Source: an uncultured delta proteobacterium (GTDB taxonomy: Bacteria > Desulfobacterota > WTBG01 > CAIYCZ01 > CAIRTM01). Taken from it: DNA of 64,000 nt. This document shows positions 43,375-55,516 of this stretch, in pieces. Under the pieces are notes generated by a model. It worked only from the letters and a program-made list of their open reading frames with translations. It did not search any database and had not been told where the DNA came from. Each line of letters opens with the position of its first letter. The stretch's first letter is position 1. The stretch covers positions 64,001 to 128,000 of the forward strand of contig CAWDSQ010000026.1 in assembly GCA_963804955.1 (NCBI GenBank), read 5' to 3'. The translations under genes and the position numbers were made by a program.

Positions 43375-44451
43375 CTACCTCAACTTCAATGTGCTCATCG
43401 CCAGCAGTGCGAATATGACCCCGACGATCCAGAACCGCACGATCACTTTTGACTCGGCCCAGCCCAGCAGCTCGAAATGGTGATGAATGGGCGCCATTTT
43501 AAATATCCTTTTCTTGCGCAATTTATAGGACCCCACCTGCAGAATCACCGACAGGGCCTCCACCACAAACACGCCGCCGACGACGGCAAGCAGCACTTCA
43601 TGCTTGGTGATGATGGCCACGGCGCCGAGAGAGCCGCCGAGTGCAAGGGAACCGACATCGCCCATAAATATCTGCGCCGGATGGCTGTTGTACCAGAGAA
43701 AGCCCATGCTGGCGCCAACCATGGCCCCGCAAAAAATCGTCAGCTCACCGGCGCCCCTGACTAAGGTGATCTTGAGATAGTCGGCAATGACTGCATTGCC
43801 GGTTATATAGGAAAAAATCATGTACGTTACCGATACGATAAGGACAAGCCCTATGGCAAGCCCGTCGAGGCCGTCGGTCAGGTTAACGGCATTGGAAGAC
43901 CCGACCAGAACAAAAATAATGAAAGGCCCGTACAGCAGCCCGAGATCGGGGAGCACCCGCTTGAAAAATGGAAGGCTCAAATGCGTATCGACGCCCGGCT
44001 GCATGCACAGATACGCTGCAACGGCTCCCGCCACGAGCAGCTGCAGGCCCGACTTCTGCCGCGCCGTTATGCCCTTTGAACTGCCGCCTGTTATCTTGCG
44101 CCAGTCATCCAGCAGGCCGATGGCCCCCATGCCGCCAAGCGTAGCCAGAACCACCCATATGTACTTGTTTGTCAGATCAGCCCATAAAAGTGTTGATATA
44201 ATAATGGCCGACAGCACAAGAATACCGCCCCCTGTGGGCGTTCCGCCCTTTTTAAGATGGGTTGACGGGCCGTCCTGCCGCACAACCTGCCCGAATTTGC
44301 GCTCCTGAAGCTTCCGGATAAGCCATGGCCCCACCACGAGCGTTATTAAAAGAGCGGTCATGGCCGCATAGATAGTCCGGAATGTAATGTAGCGGAAAAC
44401 GTTAAAAAACGTCACCACTTCATGCAGCGGATACAGCAGATGATACAGCAT
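43375..44451 (-). CDS. mraY: phospho-MurNAc-pentapeptide transferase
   Basis: [36 protein letters not shown]. Confidence 0.99.
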   Translation of the reverse strand: MLYHLLYPLHEVVTFFNVFRYITFRTIYAAMTALLITLVVGPWLIRKLQERKFGQVVRQDGPSTHLKKGGTPTGGGILVLSAIIISTLLWADLTNKYIWVVLATLGGMGAIGLLDDWRKITGGSSKGITARQKSGLQLLVAGAVAAYLCMQPGVDTHLSLPFFKRVLPDLGLLYGPFIIFVLVGSSNAVNLTDGLDGLAIGLVLIVSVTYMIFSYITGNAVIADYLKITLVRGAGELTIFCGAMVGASMGFLWYNSHPAQIFMGDVGSLALGGSLGAVAIITKHEVLLAVVGGVFVVEALSVILQVGSYKLRKKRIFKMAPIHHHFELLGWAESKVIVRFWIVGVIFALLAMSTLKLR

Positions 44452-44463
44452 TGCACGGTTCCC

Positions 44464-45878
44464 TTATTTGAGTGACGGGCTCGCTTGCACGCCCTGCTCC
44501 ACATACTCGAGTATTTTCTCCATCTTCATGCGCCGTGACCCCTTGAGAAGTATGACGTCATCAGGAGCAATAAATTCTCTGAGCCGGCCGGCAAGAGATT
44601 CAAGCGTGTCGCATATCTGCAGCGCGCGCATGCTCATGCCTGACTCTGCGTGCGCCGTCACGGACGCTCACGGCAAAATCTCCCGTAACGAAAACATGGT
44701 CGATATGCAGCTGCGCAACCGCGCGGCCTACCTCGCGGTGATAAAGCAGCCGTACCCTCACCAAGCTCCAGCATGTCTCCGAGCACGGCAATGGTGCGCC
44801 GTTTCGGAGCAAAACCCGCAAGCGCGGCAAGCGCGGCTTTTGTCGAAACGGGATTGGCATTGTATGCGTCATTTATAAAGGTGCAGCCTGCTATGCGCAC
44901 GGTTTCCATCCTTCCGGGTACGCCCCTGAATGCTTCAAGGCCTGCCTGAATATCCTCAGGGCCGATGCCGAGGCCCGTAGCTATGCTCGCAGCGGCAAGG
45001 GCATTTATAACAAACTGCCCGCCCGGAACATGGAGCCGGACAGGCACTGTCCGGTCCATAACATGAAGGTCGAACTGCGTACCGAAGCAATCAGCATCCT
45101 GTATTGCCCCGGCATGCACCTGACCGTGCATGCTGCCGTAGAGCATCTGGCGCGCCTGCGTGTTCCTGCCCATGGCCGCTACGCGCTGGTCATCTGTGTT
45201 GATGATGGCCAGATCCTGCGGCCCGAGACAGGCAAACAGCTCTTCCTTGGCCGCAGCCACCCTTTCAAGGGTTTTAAGCTGCTCGAGATGCGAAGGCCCC
45301 ACATTGGTTATAATGCCTATGTCGGGATCGCAAATTCGGGAAAGCCGCGCTATCTCGCCGGGCTCGCTCATGCCAAGCTCGAGCACCGCGGCCTGATGTT
45401 TCCGGTCAAGCTGAAAGAGCGACAGCGGAAGCCCGATAAGATTGTTGAAATTGCCGGGGTTTTTCAGCGTCGGAAACACCCGCTCGACAATAAGGGCGGC
45501 CATCTCTTTGGTGCTTGTCTTGCCATTGCTGCCGGTAATGGCAACAACCTTCACATCAAAAAGGCTTCGCCAGAAAGCTGAAAGATCGCCGAGCGCGTGC
45601 AGCGGATCATCAACCTCTATAAGCGCAGAAGCCGGTGGCACTGCCGCAAGGGCCGCGCAGGCCGCATGCCCTTTTTTGACAAAACAGGCAGCGCCTGCGC
45701 CAAGAGCATCCGCAATATACTCATGCCCGTCGGCACGGCTGCCCGCAAGGGGAACAAACAAGCTGCCGGGCCCGGCCAGCCGCGAATCAATAATCACAGC
45801 GGTGACCGGCTGCTCGGCCCTTCCCTGAAGGAGCCTGCCCTGTGTTGCCGCAAGTATCTGCTGAAGTGTCAGTTCCAT
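44464..45878 (-). CDS. murF: UDP-MurNAc-tripeptide--D-Ala-D-Ala ligase (frameshifts near 3' end)
   Basis: TGSNGKTSTK, NNLIGLP, NDAYNANP, LGDMLELG, LLKGSR. Confidence 0.95.
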
Positions 45879-45903
45879 ATCGTTCTCTCCGCGCCTCTCA
45901 GGC

Positions 45904-47397
45904 TCAGGCTCCGAGTATCCGGCGCGCTTCCTCGCGATCGTCAAAATGAAGCTTTGTGCTGCCGATCTGCTGATAGTCCTCATGGCCCTTGCCGGCAATA
46001 AGCACCACGTCGCCTGCGCGGGCCATGCCAAGAGCTTTTTCAATTGCCGCACGCCGGTCTGCAATGACGCAGTAGCCCCTGTCCGGCTGCACCGCTGAGT
46101 CAAAACGCTCAAGGCCCAGGGCTGCAATGCCCTGCTCGATCTGGCTGATAATGAAGCCTGGTTCCTCGCTGCGCGGATTATCGGATGTGACGATCACAAG
46201 CGTGCTCAGCCGGGCGGCCACGCTGCCCATGACCGGCCGCTTCTCCCGGTCACGGTCCCCGCCGCAGCCGAAAACGGTAATGATGCGTCCGGCGCCGGCG
46301 GCCCGCAGCGTTTCAAGCACATTTTCAAGGGCGTCGCCCGTATGGGCATAATCAACAAAAACCAGAAGTCCGCGGTTGTTTGCAATCCGCTCCATCCTTC
46401 CGGGGGCGCCGGGCATGGCTGCAATGCCTGTGCGTATTGCCCCGGCTGGTATTCCCATCGCCGATGCCGTTGCTACCGCGCCAAGGATATTGGCAAGATT
46501 ATACCTGCCTATCAGGCTGGATGTTATCTCTATGCTTCCCTGCGGCGTTGCAATCCCGGCGGTGATGCCGTCAAGCGTGACAGAGCTTTCATGCGCATGC
46601 ACATCACCCTGCGAAAAACCGAAGGTCAGAGCACTGCAGGGGGTAACCTTGCAAAGTTCAGGGCCCAGGGGATCATCGATATTGATGACGGCTCTCTTAT
46701 TGTGCTTGCATGATGCGGACAAAAGCTCTGTAAAGAGCATCTGCTTGCTGCGAAAATAGTCATCCATGGTCAGGTGATAATCAAGATGCTCGGGCGTGAG
46801 ATTGGTGAACAGGGCGGCATCGAAATGGCACTGCCCGGCGCGGCCCTGTTTCAGGCCGTGTGACGACACCTCCATAACCGCCGCATCAACTCCGTCTGCC
46901 GCCATCCGGGAAAAAATCCGCTGGAGCTCAAGCTGGTCCGGCGTGGTCCGCTCTGCGGCAATGCGGGTGCCGCCCCAGCGATAGGAAACCGTGCTCACAA
47001 GCCCCGTATTCAGGCCCGCCGCCTGAAAAACAGCTTCAAGCAGATATGCCGACGTGGTCTTGCCGTTGGTGCCCGTAATGCCAACCAGCTTCATTTTGCG
47101 TGTAGGCTCTCCGTAAAACCGTGCGGCAAGGCGTCCGAGCGCGATGCGGGCATCGGGAACGACGATATTGATAATTCCCGGCTTCTCATACGGCTTTTCC
47201 GTAATAAAAACCCGGGCGCCCGAGCTCCAGGCCTCATCCAGCCAGGCATAACCGTCGGTTTTCGTGCCCGATAAAGCGACAAAAAGGCTTTCAGAGAAAG
47301 CCTTTCCGGAATGGGTCACAATAGCGGCTATATCGGCGTCCCGATCACCGCTGCACTGAAACTGATCTAAAGCTGTAATTAGTTCTTTAAGCTTCAT
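45904..47397 (-). CDS. murE: UDP-MurNAc-dipeptide--meso-DAP ligase
   Basis: TGTNGKTT, MEVSSH, VDYAHT, SDNPR (DAP specificity), AGKGHE. Confidence 0.97.
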   Translation of the reverse strand: MKLKELITALDQFQCSGDRDADIAAIVTHSGKAFSESLFVALSGTKTDGYAWLDEAWSSGARVFITEKPYEKPGIINIVVPDARIALGRLAARFYGEPTRKMKLVGITGTNGKTTSAYLLEAVFQAAGLNTGLVSTVSYRWGGTRIAAERTTPDQLELQRIFSRMAADGVDAAVMEVSSHGLKQGRAGQCHFDAALFTNLTPEHLDYHLTMDDYFRSKQMLFTELLSASCKHNKRAVINIDDPLGPELCKVTPCSALTFGFSQGDVHAHESSVTLDGITAGIATPQGSIEITSSLIGRYNLANILGAVATASAMGIPAGAIRTGIAAMPGAPGRMERIANNRGLLVFVDYAHTGDALENVLETLRAAGAGRIITVFGCGGDRDREKRPVMGSVAARLSTLVIVTSDNPRSEEPGFIISQIEQGIAALGLERFDSAVQPDRGYCVIADRRAAIEKALGMARAGDVVLIAGKGHEDYQQIGSTKLHFDDREEARRILGA

Positions 47398-49160
47398 CAA
47401 GCTTTGCCAGTTTGATAGGTTCTGTTCGAATCTCCTTGAGCAGGTCCGGGTCCTGAACCGGCGCAGGTTCAGGCGGCACATGAAGATAATTAAGCATGGC
47501 ATTTGCCATACGGCTGAATGCCGGGGCTGCAATCTCCCCGCCGTATTTCATGCGCTGCGGTTCATCGACGAGCACGATGATGGCAAGCCGCGGATCATCG
47601 GCAGGCACGAATCCCGCAAATGAGGCTATGATTTTTGAATGCGAATACCCGCCCTGATCTATTTTCTGGGAGGTGCCGGTCTTGCCTGCAACGCTGTAGC
47701 CCTCAACCGCTGCCTTTGTGCCCGTACCACCCGGCGCAACAACCTGCTTGAGCATGTCGCGCATGATGCCGGCCGTCTTCTCTGAAATGACCCGGCGCTT
47801 CATGACAGGCGTGTTCTGCTTGACAACAGCGCCGGCGCCATCAACAATGCGCTTGACTATCTGGGGCTGCATAAGCATGCCGCCGTTTGCAATGGCGCTG
47901 TAGGCTGTCACCATCTGCAGGGGCGTTACGGTTATGCTTTGCCCGAATGAGATCGCGCTCTGCGTATGCTCGGAACAATTTTTCAGCGACGGCATGAACC
48001 CGCTCTGCTCCGCCGGCAGGCTGATGCCGGTTTCAGCCGTAAAGCCAAACCTGCGGATATACTGATACATCTGCTCTTTGCCGAGCTGTTTGCCGATTTT
48101 GCTTACGCCGATATTGCTGGAGCGCTTGATGATGCTTGCAACATCAAGCCAGCCGTAGGCATGCACATCGTGGATCACGCGTCTGGCCACGCGATACGAA
48201 CCGTTCTCGCAAAAAAACATGTCCGAGGGCTTGACGATGCCCTCTTCCAGCGCCGATGCGACAAGAAATGTTTTAAATGTCGAACCGGGCTCATAAATAT
48301 CTGACACAGCCCGGTTGCGCCATGATTCGCGCGCCGATTCGGAATATTGATTCGGATTGAACAGCGGGCATACGGCCGATGCCAGAATTTCGCCCGTCCA
48401 CGGGTCCATAACGATTGCTGTTCCGCCTTTTGCCTCTGACAGCGATACGGCGGCCTGCAGCTCTTTTTCGGCGATATGCTGGATATTTTTATCAATAGAT
48501 AGAAGCAGGTCATTGCCCTGCCGGCTCTGATCCGACGGCTGGAGCCCCTCAACAAAAACATGCCTGCCCTTTGCGTCACGGTCGGCAAACAGCTTGCGGG
48601 ATTTTCCTTTGATGATGCGGTCATACTGGCGCTCAATTCCTTCAAGGCCCTGCGAATCGACTCCGACAAACCCGAGCACCTGTGCAGCAAGCTCCTTCTG
48701 CGGATAGAACCGCTGGCTTTCCTTGAGAAAGCCGACGCCATCAATCTTCAGGGCCCTGATCTTATCTGCCTGCGTCGGCGTCACCTTGCGCTGAAGCCAG
48801 ACAAACGGCTTCGGGCTGACAAGATTACGGTAGACTGCCTTGGCCGGCAGCTCAAGAATCGGCGCAATCAGCTTTGCCGCACCCTTTGGGTCGCTCACAA
48901 GAGCCGGGCCGGGCGTACAGCGACTCGACATCAAGGCTGGCCGCCAGTTCCGCACCGTTTCTGTCATACACGGTTCCGCGGTACGGCATGAGTTCGACGC
49001 TGGTCATGTACTGGCTCTGAATAATCCCGGTCAGCTCGCCGGACTTCAGCACCTGGAGAAAATACGCGCGCAGGGCGGTCACGGCAAACAGCACCATAAA
49101 GCCCATGGCTATAAAGCGTATGTTTTTCGCTAGCTCGTTTCGTGATTTCATTTTTACCAT
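47387..49160 (-). CDS. ftsI: divisome transpeptidase FtsI/PBP3 (frameshift ~48900)
   Basis: RGTVYDRNG, EPGSTFK (SxxK), SSN, KTGT. Confidence 0.95.
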
Positions 49161-49510
49161 GGCACGATCACCACCTGTGTTTTTCTGGGCAGGGTCATGC
49201 CCAGCTGGTTGACGTGCTATCGTCTCAAGGCGCGATGACGATTTGAGGGCCGCCCGCTCGACTTTCAGCTTTTTATTCTCCTGAACGAGCTCCTCATGCA
49301 CTTTATGATCATCAGAAATACGATATCCGATTTCCAGCGAATAAATCCGCACCCAGAGAAATATGAAAAAAGCCAGCATGATTACTGCGCACATGCAGAT
49401 AATGCAGGCCATATCCATGCGGGAAACATCAGTGTCACCGCCGCACATGCTGACGGGCAAGAACATTTGTGTGAATGAATTTTTCAGCCGAATGCCATAA
49501 AATTCTGCAT
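49154..49510 (-). CDS. ftsL: cell division protein FtsL (frameshifted; start uncertain)
   Basis: TM helix, IGY.IS, coiled coil ENKKLKVE.A.LKS..RLE.IA; between rsmH and ftsI. Confidence 0.8.
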
Positions 49511-49512
49511 AG

Positions 49513-50453
49513 TCAGTGCAGCCTTTCCGCGACTCGAAGCCGCGCGCTGCGCGAGCTCGGGTTGAGCCTTACTTCTTCATCCGCCGCATACACCGGCTTG
49601 CGGGTAAGCACCTTAAGCCGCTGCGTGCCGCCGCAGACACAAACAGGAAGGCCCGCGGGACAGCTGCATTTTTTCTCCCAGTCCCGGAATCTGTTTTTTA
49701 CGATGCGGTCTTCGAGGGAATGAAACGAAATGGCCAGCAGGCGCCCGCCGGGGGTGAGCAGCTCCATTGCCTGATCAAGCCCTTCCTTGATCGCCTCAAG
49801 CTCATCATTGACAGCGATGCGGAGCGCCTGAAACGTACGGGTGGCCGGATGCAGTCTGTCGGGGTGGAACCTCACCGGAATCGCCCGAAAAACAGCGTCG
49901 GCAAGACCGGCCGTTGACAGATGGTCATTGCGGGCTACAGCATCTTTAACAGCACTGGCGATCCGCCGGGCGAAGCGCTCTTCTCCATAGACACGGATAA
50001 TGTCTTCGAGCTCCTGCGCAGACAGCCTCTTCACAAGATCCAGTGCCGTCTGCGGCATGCTTGTGTCCATTCTCATATCCAGTGCTCCATCGTTTGAAAA
50101 ACCGAACCCCCGTTGCGGGTCTTTCAGCTGCGGCGTTGAAACGCCGAAATCAAACACGATGCCACCGATTGCTGCAATGCCTTCCTGCGAAAGAAGCCCG
50201 CAAGATGCCTGAAGTTTCCGTGCAGGAGTGTAACTTTTTTTTCAAAGGGCTCAAGCGTTACGCGCGCCCGCTCAAGTGCATCCTGATCACAATCAATGCC
50301 GATCAGTCGCCGTATGCCCTCATAGCGCTCAAGAAGCCCCCGGCTGTGGCCGCCGCTGCCGAGTGTGGCATCCACGAATACTTCACCATCTCGACAGCAG
50401 GCATACTCCAGTATTTCCTCATAAAGAACAGGGACATGCCTTGCAGCCATCAT
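49513..50453 (-). CDS. rsmH: 16S rRNA m4C1402 methyltransferase (frameshift ~50190)
   Basis: HVPVL, DATLGSGGHS, LDMRMD, FQALRIAVN, SFHSLEDRIVK, RSARLR. Confidence 0.96.
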
Positions 50454-50455
50454 GG

Positions 50456-50890
50456 TTACACGCCCAGATCATGTCTGAGCGAAAGAATTTCTTCAGTGCT
50501 GATCTCCGGATTTTCTTTATCATAGCGGCTGCTGTCCCATATCTCAAAATGATTGATCAGACCGATGATGGCTGCATCTTTTTCAAGTCCGGCATACTTC
50601 CGGAGACTCTGAGGCACAAGAATCCGGCCCTGCTTATCAAGAGGGCATTCCTGCACTCCGCCGAGGAAAAAACGCTTAAACCAGCGCTCATCATTTGTAC
50701 GCAGAGACCTTGACTGTATCTTTTGTTCGATTTCCAACCAGTCCGTGGTAGGATATGCTCTCAGACAGTTATCAATATTGGTAAGCCAGAGGGTTGTTTC
50801 GTCCTTTTTGGCAAGATATTCCCGAAATTTCACGGGCAGCATGATTCGACCCTTGTCATCGATAGCAATATCGTTGCGCCCCCTGAACAT
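50456..50890 (-). CDS. mraZ: transcriptional regulator MraZ
   Basis: MFRG, IDDKGR, LDKQGR, FEIWD. Confidence 0.97.
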   Translation of the reverse strand: MFRGRNDIAIDDKGRIMLPVKFREYLAKKDETTLWLTNIDNCLRAYPTTDWLEIEQKIQSRSLRTNDERWFKRFFLGGVQECPLDKQGRILVPQSLRKYAGLEKDAAIIGLINHFEIWDSSRYDKENPEISTEEILSLRHDLGV

Positions 50891-50927
50891 TGAAAAGCCT
50901 CGCTAGATAGTGTAAATATAGGATTGA

Positions 50928-50993
50928 AAAACCAATTTTTACCACTTTCTACCACTTAAGTGAAGATATAGACTCCAGGAGATTCATTGTCAA
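50928..50993 (-). promoter_or_regulatory. dcw promoter with MraZ-binding direct repeats
   Basis: TTGACA-17nt-TATATC, then three 10-nt-period repeats aagtggtaga/aagtggtaaa/aattggtttt. Confidence 0.75.
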
Positions 50994-51053
50994 GAAAAAA
51001 AAAGAAAAAAATGAAGCTTTTTCAATTGCTTCGAGAGGATAAAAAAACAGTAA

Positions 51054-51101
51054 CCACAAAATATGGGATAATAAACCCTTAAGCCAATCAACATATTGTG
51101 G
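51054..51101. promoter_or_regulatory. tandem NrdR-box-like sites
   Basis: ccacaaaatatgggat and aatcaacatattgtgg, 32 bp apart. Confidence 0.55.
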
Positions 51102-51327
51102 TTTTTGAATTAAAAACATATTAAAAATAATGTTGGATTTTCTTAATTTTTTTATTTAATCCACATAGATACATGTATTTTAAAAATCAGACGAAGCGGA
51201 AAAAATACGAATTTCCGCCAAAACAGCAGGTTGTTTTTGATGAACTTTGCGGATAAAGGCCTTGCAACATTTTCAGTGAAGTTATAATCTTGAATGCGGT
51301 TTTGTACATACATGCATCCAGGCTCAT

Positions 51328-52360
51328 ATGCGGACAATCAAATTCCCCTGTAAAATCAATATGATCATGCTGCTTATGCTCTCTTTCTGGGGAGCAGTTC
51401 CGGCAGGCCCCTGCCATGCCGGGCAGCAGTCATTCACCGTTCAGGTTATGTCCGGCTCCGATAAAGAGGCGGCTTCACGGTTTGCCGAAGAACTGACACG
51501 CAAGGGATTTGATGCCTACTTTTGCTGAACTTCCGGGAAAAGAAAAGCCTGTTTACAAGGTTCGTGTGGGCAATTTTACACAAAAAAAAGATGCGGCACA
51601 GCTTTATGAAGCCTTGCGGAAGCAGGGCATTGAAGGCTGGATAACGCAGGTTCTTGAGCAGCCTGCGCAGGAACACGATGCGGAAAAGACCCCGCCGGTA
51701 CAGCCACAGCCCCCTGAGGCTGCAGCAGAGCAGCAAGCTCAGGCTGAATCCGCCCCTGCTGCAGAAGAGAAGCCTTTTGTTCTGATCATACACCCTGTTC
51801 CGGCATTTGCAGAAGAGGAAACAGCAGCCTCAGCTTCTGTAAAAAAGGCTGATCAACCGGTTTTTCAACCCGCAAAAACCTATAAATATTTCAACCCCGG
51901 GGACAACACCATCCATATAACCACAAGCATTGAAACAGTCCCCGTGAACTACCGCAGACACATATGGGAAATCGCCATATACCCCGTTTATTTTAAAAGC
52001 CTCAACCTGCGGGACATAAGCATGAAGCTGGACATTGAAAGCGCAAACAGGGATGTGCTTCTTGAAGGCATCACCCAACCGGTTCAGGCGCCCTCGGTCC
52101 AGGCAATCCGCGATTTTGAAGCAGCACTTGAGTCAGCACCGCTGCGCGTCAAATATTATCCGCAGCGCACCGATCCTGACGGCACGCTGCACGGCAGCCT
52201 TTTCTTCAGAGACGGAGCATCCGTTGAAAGCGACATGGTCCGGAGAGCGCTGGCCGCATGTCCGGACGACAGTCTTCCGTGGTTTCAGCATAAAGCCTGC
52301 TCTGATACTTCCGGCGGGACACCAGGGCAAACACGCCCGTCTGCGGAACCAAAACAGTAA
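51328..52360 (+). CDS. secreted SPOR-domain protein (frameshift ~51522)
   Basis: Signal peptide; FTVQV.S....A....L..KGFDAY, YKVRVG.F; P/A/E-rich linker. Confidence 0.8.
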
Positions 52361-52629
52361 AGACCTCCATCACGCGGAGTGATGCCCCGGTCAGGCTGCG
52401 CGCGCACTGGCCGTTCCCTGCACATAAAACATGCGGCAGGGAATATGCTGCAGCGCCGTGAGCTGTGACTTGTGCATGCAAGAGAGCAATGAAGCAGCTA
52501 TCCTGCTCTGCCGCTGCAGTGAAACTGTTTATAAAAAACTTTTTTTATGTTATGAAATGCCGATGAACACTATGCATGTTCGGCTCACAGCTCACGGGCC
52601 TTTTTGACAAACGAGGAGAAAAGTATTAC

Positions 52630-54361
52630 ATGAAAAAAATCGGATTCGGAACACGTCCATCTGAAGTAAAAAATCGGGGCAAAAACATAGATTTCGGAGA
52701 CGCTCCAAGGGATGAACGGCCTGGCGGCTACGGCGGACGGATCTATACGCCCAGGAAGCCGCCCGGAAAAGCCAGGTCAACACTGACCTTCGGCAAAATA
52801 CTGCTCCTGGCCGTTGCCTCCATGGTAATCGGCATACTCATAGGCGGCTTTCTTCTTTTTGACTTTTCATTCGACCTTGCCGTCGACAGCATGCAGATCA
52901 TAACCGCAGGCGGCGAGACAGAGGTTAAAAACGGCAGCGCCGTCACCATTAAATACGCTGATGGGCTGAAATTAAAATCAATCCTCTACAAGGGCTTTTA
53001 CCGATTTCTGCCCCCGAAAGACGTTCAGGTGTCGGTTGCCGGCATAAAGGATACGACCAATCGTTTTCTTGATGACCTGATCCCGCTTTTAAAACCCGAA
53101 GAGCGCATGAGCTATGACATCGTATTCACACGGGGCGGCACCGATCTGGGTAAAATCACCCTGAACCTTGACATGGGAGCCCAGGACTGGATACTGCGCG
53201 CCGATTCCCTTGAAAACAAGCGGCTGCAGGCCGAGTGCTATAAAAAAGCAGTGGCGCTCAATCCCGACTCGGACGATGCTCATAATGCATTGGGCAAGCT
53301 CTACGAGTCCGAACAGAAATTCAAGCAGGCCATACCTGAATATGAAGCAGTCCTGCGCATCAAGCCGGATAATATGCAGGCCATGCGTCAGCCTGCTCAG
53401 CCTGTACAAGAAAACCGGCATGGAGGATAAAACGCTCGACATGTATCAAAAGCTGGCCAAGGCCGATCCCAAACGGGCCGACGACTACATATCCCGGGCC
53501 GGGGCCATTGCCGAAAAACAGGGCTCGGATGAAAAAGCCCTCGCGATCTATCAGAATCTGCTCGATAAAAACTCCGGCAATATTGATGCCCGGCAGAAAA
53601 TCATCAAGCTTTACGAAAAAAACAAAAAGTGGGACAAGGTGATCGAGCATGTCAAAGTGCTGCTCGATCTCGATTCGAAAAACGCCGACCTGTATCTGTA
53701 TCTTTCCGATATCTGTTATAAAAAAAATGATTTCAACGGTGCGCTTGCGGCTGCTGAAAAAGCGCAGAAGCTGCGGCCCAATGACTCATCCGTCTTTGTG
53801 CAGCTTGCCGTACTGTCTGAAAAAGCCAAAAAAAACGATCAGGCAATTGACTATTATCAAAAGGCTGTGAAAACAAATCCAAAAAAAAATCCGACTTTAT
53901 ACAATAATCTCGGCATGCTTCTGGAAAAAAAAGGAGCCAGAAAAGAGGCCATACAGAACTATGAAATGGCTGCTGCGCTTGATTCAAAAAATATAGCATT
54001 TGCAAAGAATCTGGCTGATGCCTATGAGAAAGAGCAGCAGTGGAAAAAAGCGGCTGAGATCTATGAACGGATAGCCGTGCTTGGCAAGGGCGGCAAGGAT
54101 TCGCTCGAGGCGACAGCGGTGCTCTGGTACAAAGCGGGCGACAAGGAGAAATCACTCGGCGCATATAAAAAACTTGTGGCTGCAGAGCCGAAAAAAATGC
54201 TGTGGCATCAGAAGCTCGCCTATCTCTATGAGGAAGTAAACAGAATCGATGATGCCATGGGCGAGTATAAAGCCATTCTTGCGCTCGATCCGGCAAATGC
54301 CGAGGCCAAACAGAAGCGTGTCGAGCTGGCAAAGCGGAAGATAAAAAGCAAGGGGAAATAG
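52630..54361 (+). CDS. membrane-anchored tetratricopeptide-repeat protein (frameshift ~53385)
   Basis: SD gaggag; one TM helix; many TPR units (YKKAVALNP, HNALG.LY, YNNLG). Confidence 0.88.
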
Positions 54362-54388
54362 CATCGGCACAGAAGCCGGCGGGGTGGA

Positions 54389-55234
54389 CTACGAGGAGCC
54401 GCTTTTTTCCAAAAAACTCACCACGGCATCTATGGTCGCCTGGGGCGTTGAGGCGCCGGCGGTGATACAGACGGTTGCGGCGCCTTCAAACCATGCCAGA
54501 TCAATATTATCTTTTGACTGAATCCAGTAGCTGCGCGGATTCAATTCACGGGCTATTTCATACAACCGCCTGGTATTGGCGCTTGACCGTGAGCCGATCA
54601 CCAGCACAACATCACATCCTTTGGGCAGCGTTTTTATTTCCTGCTGCCGGGTAGTCGTTGCTTTGCAAATGGTATTGCAGACCTCGAACTCTTTAAAATG
54701 AGGCTGCAGCGCATCGACGATGGCCGCCACGTTTTCCGCCTTCTGCGTAGACTGCACGACCACGCCTGCCCGTTCAACACCCTTTAAATCTTCCCAGGGG
54801 ATATGCTCTACCGAATCAATAATAGTGACGGGCACGTCAATCTGCCCCCGTATACCCTGCACCTCTTCATGATCACCGTCGCCGATGATGACAACTTGTA
54901 AGCCCCGCTTGTGAAAATCATCAACGATTGTATGAATCTCCTTGACCATGGGGCATGTGGCATCAACGATACTATAGCCGCGCCGCTGCGCATCCTCGAC
55001 TATTTGCTTTGCTGCGCCATGGGCTCGAATAAGCAGCGTCTTGCCCCTGCCGTCGCCAAGTGTATCCACCTTTCTGACGCCCGCGGCCTCTACCTGGCGC
55101 ACAACCTCATCGTTGTGAACAATATCACCCAGCATTTCCACCCTGATGCCCTGCCGGGCCGTGTCGAGGGCCGTTTTAATAGCCCGCCGCACGCCGAAAC
55201 AAAAACCCGCTGACGGTGCAACTGTAATTTTCAT
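54389..55234 (-). CDS. ispH: 4-hydroxy-3-methylbut-2-enyl diphosphate reductase
   Basis: AGFCFGV.RA, IVHN, DATCP, TIC.AT..RQ, SANT, TAGASTP. Confidence 0.97.
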   Translation of the reverse strand: MKITVAPSAGFCFGVRRAIKTALDTARQGIRVEMLGDIVHNDEVVRQVEAAGVRKVDTLGDGRGKTLLIRAHGAAKQIVEDAQRRGYSIVDATCPMVKEIHTIVDDFHKRGLQVVIIGDGDHEEVQGIRGQIDVPVTIIDSVEHIPWEDLKGVERAGVVVQSTQKAENVAAIVDALQPHFKEFEVCNTICKATTTRQQEIKTLPKGCDVVLVIGSRSSANTRRLYEIARELNPRSYWIQSKDNIDLAWFEGAATVCITAGASTPQATIDAVVSFLEKSGSS

Positions 55235-55434
55235 GGAATGAATCCTTGAGTATATCCTTTTATAATTCCGCTTGTACTGCCATTCCAGCAGCTACATGTT
55301 CCCTGCAGGTTGAACATATGTCAGCTTATAACCCAGACAACACACCAGCACAAGAGCCCTTTAGCGCACATGCATGTACTGTTTAAAAAAATATATAGAG
55401 AAGCCGTAATCCTTTTTTAGCGAGACTCAAAAGA

Positions 55435-55466
55435 AAAGGCCCGATGCAGAGAGCATCGGGCCTTTT
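55435..55466. terminator. intrinsic terminator
   Basis: aaaaggcccgatgc/gcatcgggcctttt. Confidence 0.85.
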
Positions 55467-55516
55467 GCAGAAAGCGATTGACTGCTGGTGCAGTCAACAT
55501 CAGGTTACAGGATGGC

